From a virus: 64,000 nt of DNA. Where the stretch lies: IMG/VR virus record IMGVR_UViG_3300045988_110279. One strand, written 5' to 3'. The position numbers and the translations under genes are program-made. The notes beneath the pieces were generated by a model. That model was not told the DNA's origin. It saw nothing but the letters and a program-made list of their open reading frames with translations, and searched no databases. Shown in pieces: positions 1-8,119 of this stretch (position 1 is its first letter; every line of letters starts with the position of its first letter).

Positions 1-111
1 ATAGTCTCCACGAATCATACGGAATTTTATAATATCCTGTTTTGGAATTAACTTTTTCTGTATATTTGTCAAGAATTGGGTCAATATCTTTAGAGCTAAG
101 GCGATACATAA

Positions 112-648
112 TTATACCTTCAATCTCTTGTTAAGTTCAGCAATTAGCTCCTCATTAGTAAAGTCACTAAGAGACTTCTCATTTTTATCAAGAATGAAAG
201 CCGACGCGAGCCCGCCGCTGCCGCCGTAGTTGCCGTGGCCCGCAGACCCACCGATGCCGACAATGCAAACGCAGTTCGAGGCCCAATTATCTTTCTCAGG
301 AGATCCCCAAGGGGTAACAAGCCAGAACCAATTCTTGATATGAGGAGTTAGAATATGATTATACTTGCGATATTCGTCGAAGGTAAGGGGTGCAACAGCG
401 GTATTTAGCGAACCATATCCTTTATATCCATCCATTGCAGTCAGGTCGACATCGCGCGGAATAGCCTTAATGCCAGTTTTCTTAAGCCAAGCCTCAGCGC
501 CCTTCCGCAATGTACTCTCTTTATAGTTATTAGAATTTCCAAAGATAAAATCAATTCCTACTTCAAGTGCAATTACGAAGGGGTTACCATCAATTTCGTC
601 AAGAACAAGGCACTTTACTCCATTTACAGTAATAGTCTCACCAATCAT
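112..648 (-). CDS. C-type-lectin-fold protein; remote DGR target carrying VR2 near its C-terminus
   Basis: Track ORF 112..714; likely start MIGETITVNG with RBS AAAGGAAG. The C-terminus ...NCVCIVGIGGSAGHGNYGGSGGLASAF is encoded by a GC-rich segment homologous to the DGR TR. Confidence 0.6.
   Translation of the reverse strand: MIGETITVNGVKCLVLDEIDGNPFVIALEVGIDFIFGNSNNYKESTLRKGAEAWLKKTGIKAIPRDVDLTAMDGYKGYGSLNTAVAPLTFDEYRKYNHILTPHIKNWFWLVTPWGSPEKDNWASNCVCIVGIGGSAGHGNYGGSGGLASAFILDKNEKSLSDFTNEELIAELNKRLKV
201..280 (-). repeat. DGR variable repeat VR2 (remote copy)
   Basis: About 80 bp homologous to the TR at 59341-59440. Almost all mismatches fall at TR adenines on the coding (-) strand, and the GGGCTCGCG-type 3' end is shared. 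Confidence 0.7.
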
Positions 649-664
649 ATTTCTCTTCCTTTCT

Positions 665-856
665 TTAATTAGAATACTCTTCAACCATTTGAGAAAGCAT
701 ATCAATTTCATCATCTGTTATGTTATCAAAAAAGATACCGTATTTTGCGCAGATTTGAGCTTGCTGAGATGGATCGTTCATAGTCCATGGCTTTGAAGCC
801 AATTCTCGAGCAGCCAGTTCAAAAGCGCCAGTGTATGCGAAAAATGACATATCCAT
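665..856 (-). CDS. hypothetical protein
   Basis: Track ORF with GGAGG RBS and TAA stop. Confidence 0.5.
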   Translation of the reverse strand: MDMSFFAYTGAFELAARELASKPWTMNDPSQQAQICAKYGIFFDNITDDEIDMLSQMVEEYSN

Positions 857-859
857 ATT

Positions 860-1294
860 TTATACCTCCTCTACAGAATCAAACTCATGAATTAAGATTG
901 CTCCATTGCTGATTTTTTCTGCGCAAATGATGTGTTTAATTTCATATTTATTTTCATCGGGACAGTAAACAATATGTCCACTTTTTAGCAAGGAAAGAAA
1001 GTCACTTTGATAGTAAGTACGACCTCCGAACTCGTTGCAAATTTTAAGGCGAATTTTATATCCTTCATCAACAGAATAGAGATCTCTTACATTATTATCT
1101 ACTTCGCATAATCGCCAAGTTGGGTCTCCATTATTAATGCTGACTCCAAGAACCGGAATAGGACTATAAGTTTCTTGAATAGCGAAGAATTTAGCTCTTT
1201 TGAGTTGGTCTGTATCAGAAAAGCCGAGGAACTCGCAGATTCTTACAGTGGAGTTCTTATATCCTTCTGATTTAATCAGTTCACTAATCTTCAT
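860..1294 (-). CDS. hypothetical protein
   Basis: Track ORF with RBS AAAGGAAG and TAA stop. Confidence 0.55.
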   Translation of the reverse strand: MKISELIKSEGYKNSTVRICEFLGFSDTDQLKRAKFFAIQETYSPIPVLGVSINNGDPTWRLCEVDNNVRDLYSVDEGYKIRLKICNEFGGRTYYQSDFLSLLKSGHIVYCPDENKYEIKHIICAEKISNGAILIHEFDSVEEV

Positions 1295-1351
1295 AACTTT
1301 TACTTCCTTTCCTTAACTTTCTATATATATTATATAATAATTTTATAAAAA

Positions 1352-1381
1352 AATAAAGACGCTCTTTTAAGAGCGTCTTTA
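1352..1381. terminator. hairpin terminator
   Basis: aaagacgctctt-ttaa-gagcgtcttt perfect stem flanked by A/T runs. Confidence 0.6.
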
Positions 1382-1524
1382 TTTTACTCAAGGTCGATTA
1401 CATAATTCTCTTGGATAAATGAATCTTCTGGAATATAGATGGTGTATTCAACAGACCGAGGTCCAAGTAAGAAATTTAAAACTGGGTTTTTGAAACGGAT
1501 TTTATTTTCTTCTATGTATGGGTC

Positions 1525-1890
1525 ATCATTTGTGTTCTTGATATAAGACTAATTTGCTTCAATAGATTTAGCAGTTATACCTTTATCTGTTTGATATAAG
1601 AATGAATAATAAAGCCCATCCTCTGTATAGTAACGACCTACATAGGAACTAAAATTATCATTTAAAGCAGTAATAGAATATGTTTGAGTGGTTTTCGCAG
1701 AATAGGTTGCGGGTTCAACAAAAATAACAATACCACAAATTATAAACATAATTAAGAAAGCGACGAATGCTGAAAGCACAACTCCGACAATGGTAGAGAA
1801 TAGATATTCTACAAAAGAGTCACAGTCTTTATAGAATATTATAAGAGATGTAACCATGAATAATATAAAGAACCCAATAGCTAGTGGCAT
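1525..1890 (-). CDS. membrane protein
   Basis: Track ORF 1549..1890 is hydrophobic. Its stop is TAG, so under recoding it extends 8 codons to a TGA near 1525. Confidence 0.45.
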
Positions 1891-1991
1891 GAGTAAAACC
1901 TCTTTTCTTATTTATATAAATATATTACCATATTTTATTAAGATACGCAAGTAAATCTTATGGATTATAACGAACCGTCATAATTTCTCAC

Positions 1992-2030
1992 GGATGCGGG
2001 AATTTTTTAGGCAGAGAAATTGGCAATCCC
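1992..2030. promoter_or_regulatory. inverted repeat gcgggaatt...aatcccgc containing an AATTGGCAAT motif
   Basis: Stem of about 8 bp. It contains the reverse complement of the ATTGCCAATTT motif found upstream of the recombinase gene. Confidence 0.3.
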
Positions 2031-2150
2031 GCGTTTTAAAAACGATCGGAATATCCAAAAGAGGTAAAAAATTGAGGTAAAATTTCATATGTACGTAGAG
2101 GAAGTATATCATGATTTTGAGAAAATATTTAGTTATTGGGTAAAGTTAAT

Positions 2151-2179
2151 TTGTTTTTACCCTTTATTTTTTATATAAT
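2151..2179 (+). promoter_or_regulatory. candidate promoter for gene 2198
   Basis: TATAAT at 2174-2179 with a weak TTGTTT -35 element 17 bp upstream. Confidence 0.3.
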
Positions 2180-2197
2180 ATAAGGAGGTGATAGAAG

Positions 2198-2836
2198 ATG
2201 AAAGGAAATATATCAAAAAGATTTCCTGCTAATGTAACTCTTGATACCTAGACTTTTTTAAATGACAAAAAGATTGATGGAGAATTATATGCGTTATTTT
2301 AGGAATTATCGTATGTAGATAAAAATGGATAGACAGTGGTTTCAAAAGATGATGTTCCTTCGTAGAATAGTCTATGTGAGAAACTTGGTATAAAAACTCC
2401 AAAGACTTATCGAGCGCACAGAGATTATCTTATAGCTTAGGGTTATATAATTGATGATGAAGAAAATAGGTAGTATATTCTTCCTATGAAAGAAGATATT
2501 TTTTTTATGATTCCATTGTAGACTTTGAGATTTATAAATGATACTTTGAAGGAATAGGTAATCAAGGTTTACACATATTTAGGGCAAAGATGGAAATATA
2601 AAGAATCTTTAGGCACGGATGAAAAATATAGTTTTACTCTTAAGGAGATCGGTGAACATATAGGATTAAAAACAGAAGGAAGTTCAAGAAATTCTTAGAT
2701 TGTGACAAATGCGCTACTGTGTTTGTCAAAGCTTGGTCTTATTGAGTATGAAAATTATTATGATTAGAGTAATGGTAAACCCGTTCCTCGTATGAGATTA
2801 ATCTAGTTTAATTTGACTATTGAGCTGAATGGGTAA
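2198..2836 (+). CDS. helix-turn-helix protein, putative replication initiation/organizer; 11 in-frame TAG codons
   Basis: RBS AAGGAGGTG then ATG. A continuous 212-codon frame ends at TAA only if TAG is sense, and the translation is protein-like (KLGIKTPKTYRAHRDYLIA...). Confidence 0.5.
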
Positions 2837-2878
2837 TTTTATCTATCTACGAAAGGGTAATTTTATCTATTTACGAGA
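2831..2878. repeat. tandem 24-bp direct repeat (iteron-like)
   Basis: gggtaattttatctatctacgaaa / gggtaattttatctatttacgaga, two adjacent copies immediately after gene 2198. Confidence 0.6.
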
Positions 2879-2930
2879 GGTAAAAAATCATATTATATCT
2901 AAATAATATACTAAATAATTTATCTAAGGG

Positions 2931-2978
2931 ACTTCGATATTTCTTCGAGCTCCGCTCTCAGAATATCGAAGTCCCATG
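2931..2978. promoter_or_regulatory. long inverted repeat (14-bp stem)
   Basis: gggacttcgatatt...aatatcgaagtccc, upstream of gene 3008. Confidence 0.5.
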
Positions 2979-3007
2979 TGCCCGCAATTATAATGGAGGA
3001 TAAAAAT

Positions 3008-3430
3008 ATGGAAGTATTTAAACCAATTAAGGTAGAAAATTATCAATTCGTGAAAAATGGATTAAATTAGTATGAACCAGTATTAGTTTACTTTAAAGAT
3101 GATGATGAAGAAGAAGGCAAGGTATATTTTGTAAAGAATAAATTTGATGATAAGTTAGAAGAATGGATGGAAGAGAATTTAAAGGTAGAAGGAAGAAGTA
3201 GAGTTATAGTAGATAAATATCATAATAGGATAAGTATAGATGTTTTTACTCAAGATTTAGAGGACTCTATAACCGATTTAGAAAAACGAATTGAAAAGTT
3301 AGAAGAAGGTTTTAGAGAAATCGAATTGAAAAATCGAGATAAAAATGGAGAGATATATGATTTGGTTGGAAGGATAAGAGAGATAAATAGAACTGGATAG
3401 AGATATAGATTATCTTTATATGAAGATTGA
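3008..3430 (+). CDS. hypothetical coiled-coil protein (recoded)
   Basis: RBS GGAGGA then ATG. In frame with track ORF 3167..3400. TAGs at 3068 and 3398 are read through to a TGA. Confidence 0.4.
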
Positions 3431-3564
3431 AAGAAATTAAAGGAAATTAAAAGGAGTTTATAAAATGGTGGAGTTGGGTGCCGATCGGGTCTAGGTATGA
3501 ACCATCACAACACTCGTCACAACGATCGTAAACCTAGCCTTCCGCGATTATAATATATATAAAA

Positions 3565-3590
3565 AGGAGAGAAGCTATAATACTTCTCTC
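3565..3590. terminator. bidirectional hairpin terminator
   Basis: ggagagaag-ctataatac-ttctctcc between convergent genes. Confidence 0.55.
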
Positions 3591-3616
3591 CTTTAATCTT
3601 TTTCCTCTTGTTTATC

Positions 3617-4060
3617 TTACTTCAAATGTCTCAAAAACTCCATGATATTGTCCTCATCAGTCTTAGCCTTATTCATACTACCTGCGAGAGCATCAGAAAT
3701 AGAGTCAACAGCAATGTCAATTACTTCATCAAGACTCTTTGCATTGACTACTCGAGCGGAAGTCTTAGCAGTTACAGTCATAGCTTGCATAAACTGCTTA
3801 ATATCATTTGCTGTCCACTTAGGATTGCTCTTGCTATAAACCAGCGCAGCTACACGACCAACGTCATCCTCAGTGAGAGACAAATCATCAACATTGCCAT
3901 AAAAAGTAGACTCAATCTCATCCAGAAGAATATCGCGTTCACGGTCTGCGGCGTTAGCCTCGGAGATTCTATTCATAGCATCGGTAAATGCCTTTGCAAT
4001 CTCCTCCTGAGTAGAACCATTCTGCATTGCATCACGAATCATAATCTCATAACTATTCAT
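3617..4060 (-). CDS. hypothetical protein
   Basis: Track ORF with protein-like composition and TAA stop. The overlapping plus-strand ORF is low-complexity and rejected. Confidence 0.55.
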   Translation of the reverse strand: MNSYEIMIRDAMQNGSTQEEIAKAFTDAMNRISEANAADRERDILLDEIESTFYGNVDDLSLTEDDVGRVAALVYSKSNPKWTANDIKQFMQAMTVTAKTSARVVNAKSLDEVIDIAVDSISDALAGSMNKAKTDEDNIMEFLRHLK

Positions 4061-4127
4061 AATAAGTTCTTTTAGTTAGAAAAAGCGTTATGATGCTTCT
4101 TAAACTAAAATCCTCCTTTTCTTTATC

Positions 4128-4160
4128 TTATGTATATATTATATTATATTTTTTATATAT
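4128..4160 (-). promoter_or_regulatory. candidate promoter for 3617..4060
   Basis: Minus strand reads TCGACA-17-TATAAT. Confidence 0.4.
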
Positions 4161-4239
4161 TGTCGAACCGATCGGGTCTAGATAAAAAGATCGCTTTAAC
4201 GGAATCCCGCGGAAAAGATTTTTACTTTTTAAATTGTTA

Positions 4240-4605
4240 GCAACATTTTTGCTATTGTTTGCTGTATCTTTAATAGTTTTAATTCTGTGAATATCAAGAA
4301 ATTTTGAGAAAAACGAGGCATTTTTTGCTTATTTTTAAGTAAATTTGTTAGAAAAATGCGCATTTTTGCAAGATTTTAGAGGTTTTTCGTTATATTTTGC
4401 GATAACAAGAGGTAAAGTCATGCGGGCCGATCAGTTTATCTAGCTAAAATCTCTATTTTTGAGCTATTTTTATCATAAAATCGTGTTAAACCGATCGGTT
4501 CCGCGAAAGAAATCTCTGGTCGTATTTGTTTTTCATAGGTATATCTTTGCTATTGCTAGTTGTATTTTAGAAAATTTTGGTACTGTGAATACTTGACAAT
4601 TTTAA
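4240..4605. repeat. pair of degenerate ~60-bp direct repeats
   Basis: tgctattgtttgctgtatctttaatagttttaattctgtgaatatcaag (about 4240) versus tgctattgctagttgtattttagaaaattttggtactgtgaatacttgac (about 4545). Confidence 0.5.
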
Positions 4606-4707
4606 GATTTTTATTATAAAAAATTGGACGAGAGAGCCAATATTGCTGGACCGATCGGAACTAGATAAAGGAAGAAGTAAAGTAGGGCCGATCGGTGTTT
4701 GGAAGAG

Positions 4708-4782
4708 GGCGTTATGAATTTTGGGAAAATCGCTATGAAGTTGCGTTATGGCCAAGTTGCTATGAAAATTTTGCGCTATGGT
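4708..4782. repeat. phased GC(G)TTATG / GCTATG(A/G) short repeats (5 copies, ~11-14 bp phasing)
   Basis: gcgttatgaa, cgctatgaag, gcgttatggc, gctatgaaaa, gcgctatggt. Confidence 0.5.
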
Positions 4783-4847
4783 CCGATCGGGGAAATTCGG
4801 GCCGAGTCGCCCGCGATCGGCCCGTCGAGTTTAGGAAATATAAAATA

Positions 4848-4871
4848 AAAAGAGAGGCCGAAGCCTCTCTT
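4848..4871 (-). terminator. intrinsic terminator
   Basis: agagaggc-cgaa-gcctctct followed by a T-run on the minus strand. Confidence 0.6.
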
Positions 4872-4874
4872 TTC

Positions 4875-5126
4875 TTAATCCTCGTTTTCTAAATTGATTT
4901 CTCCTATACAGTTACACCGTATCGGAGATTCAAAAACAAATTCATCTCCATATCCAACGATAGTTATTTCTCCATACTTTTTACAATACTCGTCTATCTT
5001 TTCGATTAGACTATTCCAATCTTTCTCTTGCGCTTTTTGTTTTCTAAGTGCCACTTCTTTATAGGCGGTAGCACTCAACCATTGCAACTCCTCATCATTC
5101 AGTTTGTTGAAATCAATATCAACCAT
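4875..5126 (-). CDS. hypothetical protein
   Basis: Track ORF, TAA stop. Confidence 0.55.
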   Translation of the reverse strand: MVDIDFNKLNDEELQWLSATAYKEVALRKQKAQEKDWNSLIEKIDEYCKKYGEITIVGYGDEFVFESPIRCNCIGEINLENED

Positions 5127-5143
5127 CTAAAAATCTCCTTTCT

Positions 5144-5596
5144 TTAATGAAAAATCTCAGCCGGAATTTCACTAAAAACTTGCTTAAATTGCTCCATAGT
5201 CAGTTCTCTTGCCGCTCTCTCAACCCTTTCTTTTGCCCAGTCGCAAACCATTTCGCAGGAAATAAATTTAATTTCATACCCAGTAATGGCGTAGATTTTA
5301 GGCGACCACTCAAATCTTTTTGTATCAGCCATATTTCCAGTTAAAATCATATATTCGCCGGTGGCTTGATTTTCTTCTGACTGTTCAACCCAACATTGAA
5401 CTATATTTTCAACATAGTTTTTTCCAGTTTTAACCGCTTCTTTTTCGGTTCGAGCATTGATTAAAAAGGTAGAAAGCATAATATCATCACGAAATGATAC
5501 CGTAAATTTATAAGGCTTCTTAGAGAAGATACCCTTGCGACCTTCACACCAAAAGGTAACTTGAAAATTAACACGAAATTGTTTTAAGCTTTCCAT
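5144..5596 (-). CDS. hypothetical protein
   Basis: Track ORF, TAA stop. Confidence 0.55.
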   Translation of the reverse strand: MESLKQFRVNFQVTFWCEGRKGIFSKKPYKFTVSFRDDIMLSTFLINARTEKEAVKTGKNYVENIVQCWVEQSEENQATGEYMILTGNMADTKRFEWSPKIYAITGYEIKFISCEMVCDWAKERVERAARELTMEQFKQVFSEIPAEIFH

Positions 5597-5768
5597 TTCT
5601 TTTATCTCCTGTAATAATCTTCAATATAAAATTTCATTTCTTTTTCTGTACTTTGTCTTAATACCGAATAAATAGTGGAAATGTCAAGGCAAGTTCTTTT
5701 AATTAAGAAACGAATGATAGAGTTTTTAAGTTTATTCATCATTTCTTTTACCTCCCTTCCATGGTTAA

Positions 5769-5797
5769 ATGATACCACATTTTCGGGAGAAAGTCAA
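5769..5797 (-). promoter_or_regulatory. sigma-A-type promoter TTGACT-17-TGgTATCAT
   Basis: Minus-strand -35/-10 with exact 17-bp spacer upstream of gene 5144..5596. Confidence 0.6.
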
Positions 5798-5806
5798 GCT
5801 GTCAAG

Positions 5807-5840
5807 TTGCACAAATTTTCAATTCAAAATTGTTGAAAAT
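5807..5840. promoter_or_regulatory. inverted-repeat operator TTGCACAA...TTGTTGAA
   Basis: One member of the repeated TTGCACAA-N-TTGTGCAA family, located just upstream of a -35 element. Confidence 0.5.
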
Positions 5841-5859
5841 GACAATAGAAGAAAAATTC

Positions 5860-5928
5860 GGACCGCGGCGCACGCAAGCGGTCCGCTCAAAATTTTGCAT
5901 AAAAAAATCTCCCCATAAGGGGAGATTT
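5860..5928 (-). terminator. tandem intrinsic terminators (GC hairpin 5860-5884; hairpin 5905-5928)
   Basis: Both stems are followed by T-runs on the minus strand. They lie downstream of gene 5933..6283. Confidence 0.6.
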
Positions 5929-5932
5929 TTCT

Positions 5933-6283
5933 TTAGTTGAGAATTATTGGATATGCCTTGCGAATAACCACCGTAACCATGGCCGGGGGAGTGTCGCACA
6001 AGAAACGATCATTTCTGATAAAACGACCAATTCCCATATTCTGCCACAAAGTCCGGTTTACATCCTCGTATCGTAGGGTATTATACTTGGAAAGTTTGAT
6101 ATGCCAATCATAGATAAAGGAACCATCTTCCGGCATGGTGTAATCTGGCGCCCGCTTATAATTTCTCGTATGCTCTGCGGCTCTGCGTTCAAGGTCATTT
6201 GTCGTACCAATCTTGAGAATATAGCGCCCCTTTTTGTCGATATAATGTCCGACATATAGGAACTCTTTTCCCCTTGTCTGCAA
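5933..6283 (-). CDS. GIY-YIG family nuclease
   Basis: FLYVGHY...YILKIGTTNDLERRAAEH matches the GIY...YIG...R...H(E) motif order. Confidence 0.55.
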   Translation of the reverse strand: MQTRGKEFLYVGHYIDKKGRYILKIGTTNDLERRAAEHTRNYKRAPDYTMPEDGSFIYDWHIKLSKYNTLRYEDVNRTLWQNMGIGRFIRNDRFLCDTPPAMVTVVIRKAYPIILN

Positions 6284-6339
6284 ACTAACTATAACTTGCC
6301 TCTTTTCTGGTAGGGCCGGGGTAGGCCGACCCTACCCCG

Positions 6340-6657
6340 TTATTTCTTCGGCTTACGCTTTTGCACAAGCGTCAACTCGAAACTATCCCCACCAATAGAA
6401 AACGCAATCTGTCTTTCCTTGTTAGTAATAGACAAGTCAGCGATAGAGAATTGACTGTTTTTTTCCAAAAACTCTGCCAATTCCGCAATTATACCGCCTT
6501 TCGTGGCGTTTGGCTTGCGTTGCCGTGTAGTGAACTTATATGCGGTTGGCTGTTTGCGCGTTCCAGCATGGGCAAACTTTTGAGCGATTTTCGCCTTTTC
6601 TGGCGGTAAATCGTATTCAGTCTTTTTATCAGCCTCTACCGCCTTATCATAGGCCAA
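6340..6657 (-). CDS. hypothetical protein
   Basis: Track ORF, TAA stop. GC hairpins flank it at 6302-6338 and 6762-6795. Confidence 0.5.
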   Translation of the reverse strand: MAYDKAVEADKKTEYDLPPEKAKIAQKFAHAGTRKQPTAYKFTTRQRKPNATKGGIIAELAEFLEKNSQFSIADLSITNKERQIAFSIGGDSFELTLVQKRKPKK

Positions 6658-6795
6658 TAAATCTGCCTCCTCTTCCGGCGTTAATTGCAGGGCTTTATAC
6701 CTTGCAATCCGTTCAGCGTCACTAATGCGACTGGATATAATATCACCCCCATATTATAAGTTAGGGCGGGGATTTTCACCCCGCCCTATACGGGG

Positions 6796-7206
6796 TTACG
6801 CCATCTTAAAGAGGGACTTGCCCTTCTTCTCCGTGCAGACTACTCGACCATCGAGTTTCAACTGCCGCACAAGAGCGGCGACCTTCTGGTTAGAATAGGC
6901 CGTCAGATCAGGAATAGCCTTAAAAATTTCCGTGCAGGTCACGCCATCGGTATCGGCGTCCAGACCAGCCAGATACTCCATAATCTGCTCCTTAAAGTTT
7001 TCGTTCTCCTGCTGGGTGGGAGTCAGCTTCTTGTCACCGCTGGAGCTATTCTTCTTACGCAGAAGCTCCAGCTCATGGTCAATGACAGTAATGGCCACCT
7101 CGATGGTAGTGCCATACTTTACCTCGCCGTCAGTCAAGAGGGCCTTAATGTCCTCAAAGCGCTGGGCCTTGGTAATGCGGATTTTCTTCTCGTCCATAAT
7201 ATACAT
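6796..7206 (-). CDS. hypothetical protein (possible C-terminal winged-helix)
   Basis: Track ORF. C-terminus reads KVAALVRQLKLDGRV. Confidence 0.5.
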   Translation of the reverse strand: MYIMDEKKIRITKAQRFEDIKALLTDGEVKYGTTIEVAITVIDHELELLRKKNSSSGDKKLTPTQQENENFKEQIMEYLAGLDADTDGVTCTEIFKAIPDLTAYSNQKVAALVRQLKLDGRVVCTEKKGKSLFKMA

Positions 7207-7245
7207 CCTTTCTGGTTTTTAGGACTGTCCTTGTCCTTTGATTAT

Positions 7246-7446
7246 ATTGTACCACACTATTTGGTACTTGTCAAGAGGTTTTTCAAACTTTTTTCAAGAA
7301 CTTTTGCTCTTTACTTGTTTGCCCTCTCAACCTCCCTTATAGTGTAACACACTTTGGAAAGTTTGTCAAGCCCTTTTTATTTAATTTTCAAGGTGCATTG
7401 CCTTGTTTTCTGTACTTATTATAGCACATCTTCAAAGGCTTGTCAA
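7246..7446 (-). promoter_or_regulatory. three tandem leftward promoters (P1 7246-7274, P2 7341-7369, P3 7418-7446)
   Basis: P1 is TTGACA-17-TACAAT, P2 is TTGACA-17-TACACT, P3 is TTGACA-17-TATAAT. All are on the minus strand. A 15-codon leader ORF with an AGGGAGG RBS lies between P2 and P1. Confidence 0.55.
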
Positions 7447-7553
7447 GAGATTCTTGAAAGATTTTTGAGAAATTCGCTGTCGCTGTCTGCCGTTCGTCTC
7501 TCTCACTTTCTGAATGTATTTTACCACAAGCAAAAGCAGATTGCAAGCGTCAA

Positions 7554-7632
7554 ATTGCACAAAAAATCTGAATTTTGGGAGAAAGTTTTTGTGCAGAATT
7601 TTACACAAAACGGAGCTGAAATTTTTGTGCAA
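7554..7632. promoter_or_regulatory. operator-like inverted repeats TTGCACAA / TTGTGCAG / TTGTGCAA
   Basis: Three half-sites of the same family. Confidence 0.5.
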
Positions 7633-7651
7633 CATTTACAAAGAAAAACTC

Positions 7652-7718
7652 GGGTCGCGCCGTTCCTGCGCGACCCGCTCAAATTTTGTATAAAAAAAGA
7701 AGGGCCGAAGCCCTTCTT
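7652..7718 (-). terminator. tandem intrinsic terminators
   Basis: gggtcgcgc...gcgcgaccc and aagaagggc-cgaa-gcccttctt, each followed by a T-run on the minus strand. Confidence 0.6.
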
Positions 7719-7900
7719 AACAGAAAATACAGTTATCCAGAAAATCAAACAGGTGTTCATCCTCAATGGGAACATTTACCAGCATATTTCCATCTTCGTC
7801 AATATCATCATGACACCATCCCATACGCTCAATAATTTGAATTGCCATATAAACGGCATCTGCGCACAGAGAAGAGGTATATACAGTTTTTGTTACCATT
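7717..7900 (-). CDS. small hypothetical protein (60 aa)
   Basis: Internal start MVTKT with a GAGGAGG RBS, inside track ORF 7717..8052. Confidence 0.4.
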
Positions 7901-8092
7901 TTATTCCTCCTCGAAATCATCAACTCCATATTGTCTCTGATATTCGTCACAGTCGAACCATGGCTCACCCAAAGAGCAACAAAGTGATTCCGTGTCAAAA
8001 TCTGGGCAGATAGTATCATAGATTTGTTCTGGGTCCATGCCTTCCTCGGCATAATGCGGGCAACTCCACCGCATACAATGAACTTGAGACAT
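7901..8092 (-). CDS. small acidic Cys-rich protein
   Basis: Track ORF of 63 aa. Confidence 0.4.
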   Translation of the reverse strand: MSQVHCMRWSCPHYAEEGMDPEQIYDTICPDFDTESLCCSLGEPWFDCDEYQRQYGVDDFEEE

Positions 8093-8119
8093 ATTATTTC
8101 CTTTCTGTCGGGCGGGGCT

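Larger units (their letters stand above)
3481..4820. repeat. cluster of CCGATCGG palindromes (7 copies plus variants) in a non-coding hub
   Basis: Copies at about 3481, 4168, 4426 (variant), 4491, 4651, 4688, 4783 and 4813. Several are extended as CCGATCGG(G/A)NCTAGATA. Confidence 0.7.

Noticed and set aside
3608-4075. Plus-strand track ORF of 155 aa
   Set aside because: Low-complexity Cys/Ile/Leu-rich translation that exactly overlaps the protein-like minus-strand ORF 3617..4060. Treated as an antisense artefact.
7354-8052. Track ORFs 7354..8013 (+), 7432..7635 (-), 7521..7775 (-) and the N-terminal part of 7717..8052 (-)
   Set aside because: They run through the promoter/operator/terminator cassette, or are antisense to the small genes 7717..7900 and 7901..8092. 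No RBS. Composition is typical of non-coding AT-rich sequence.
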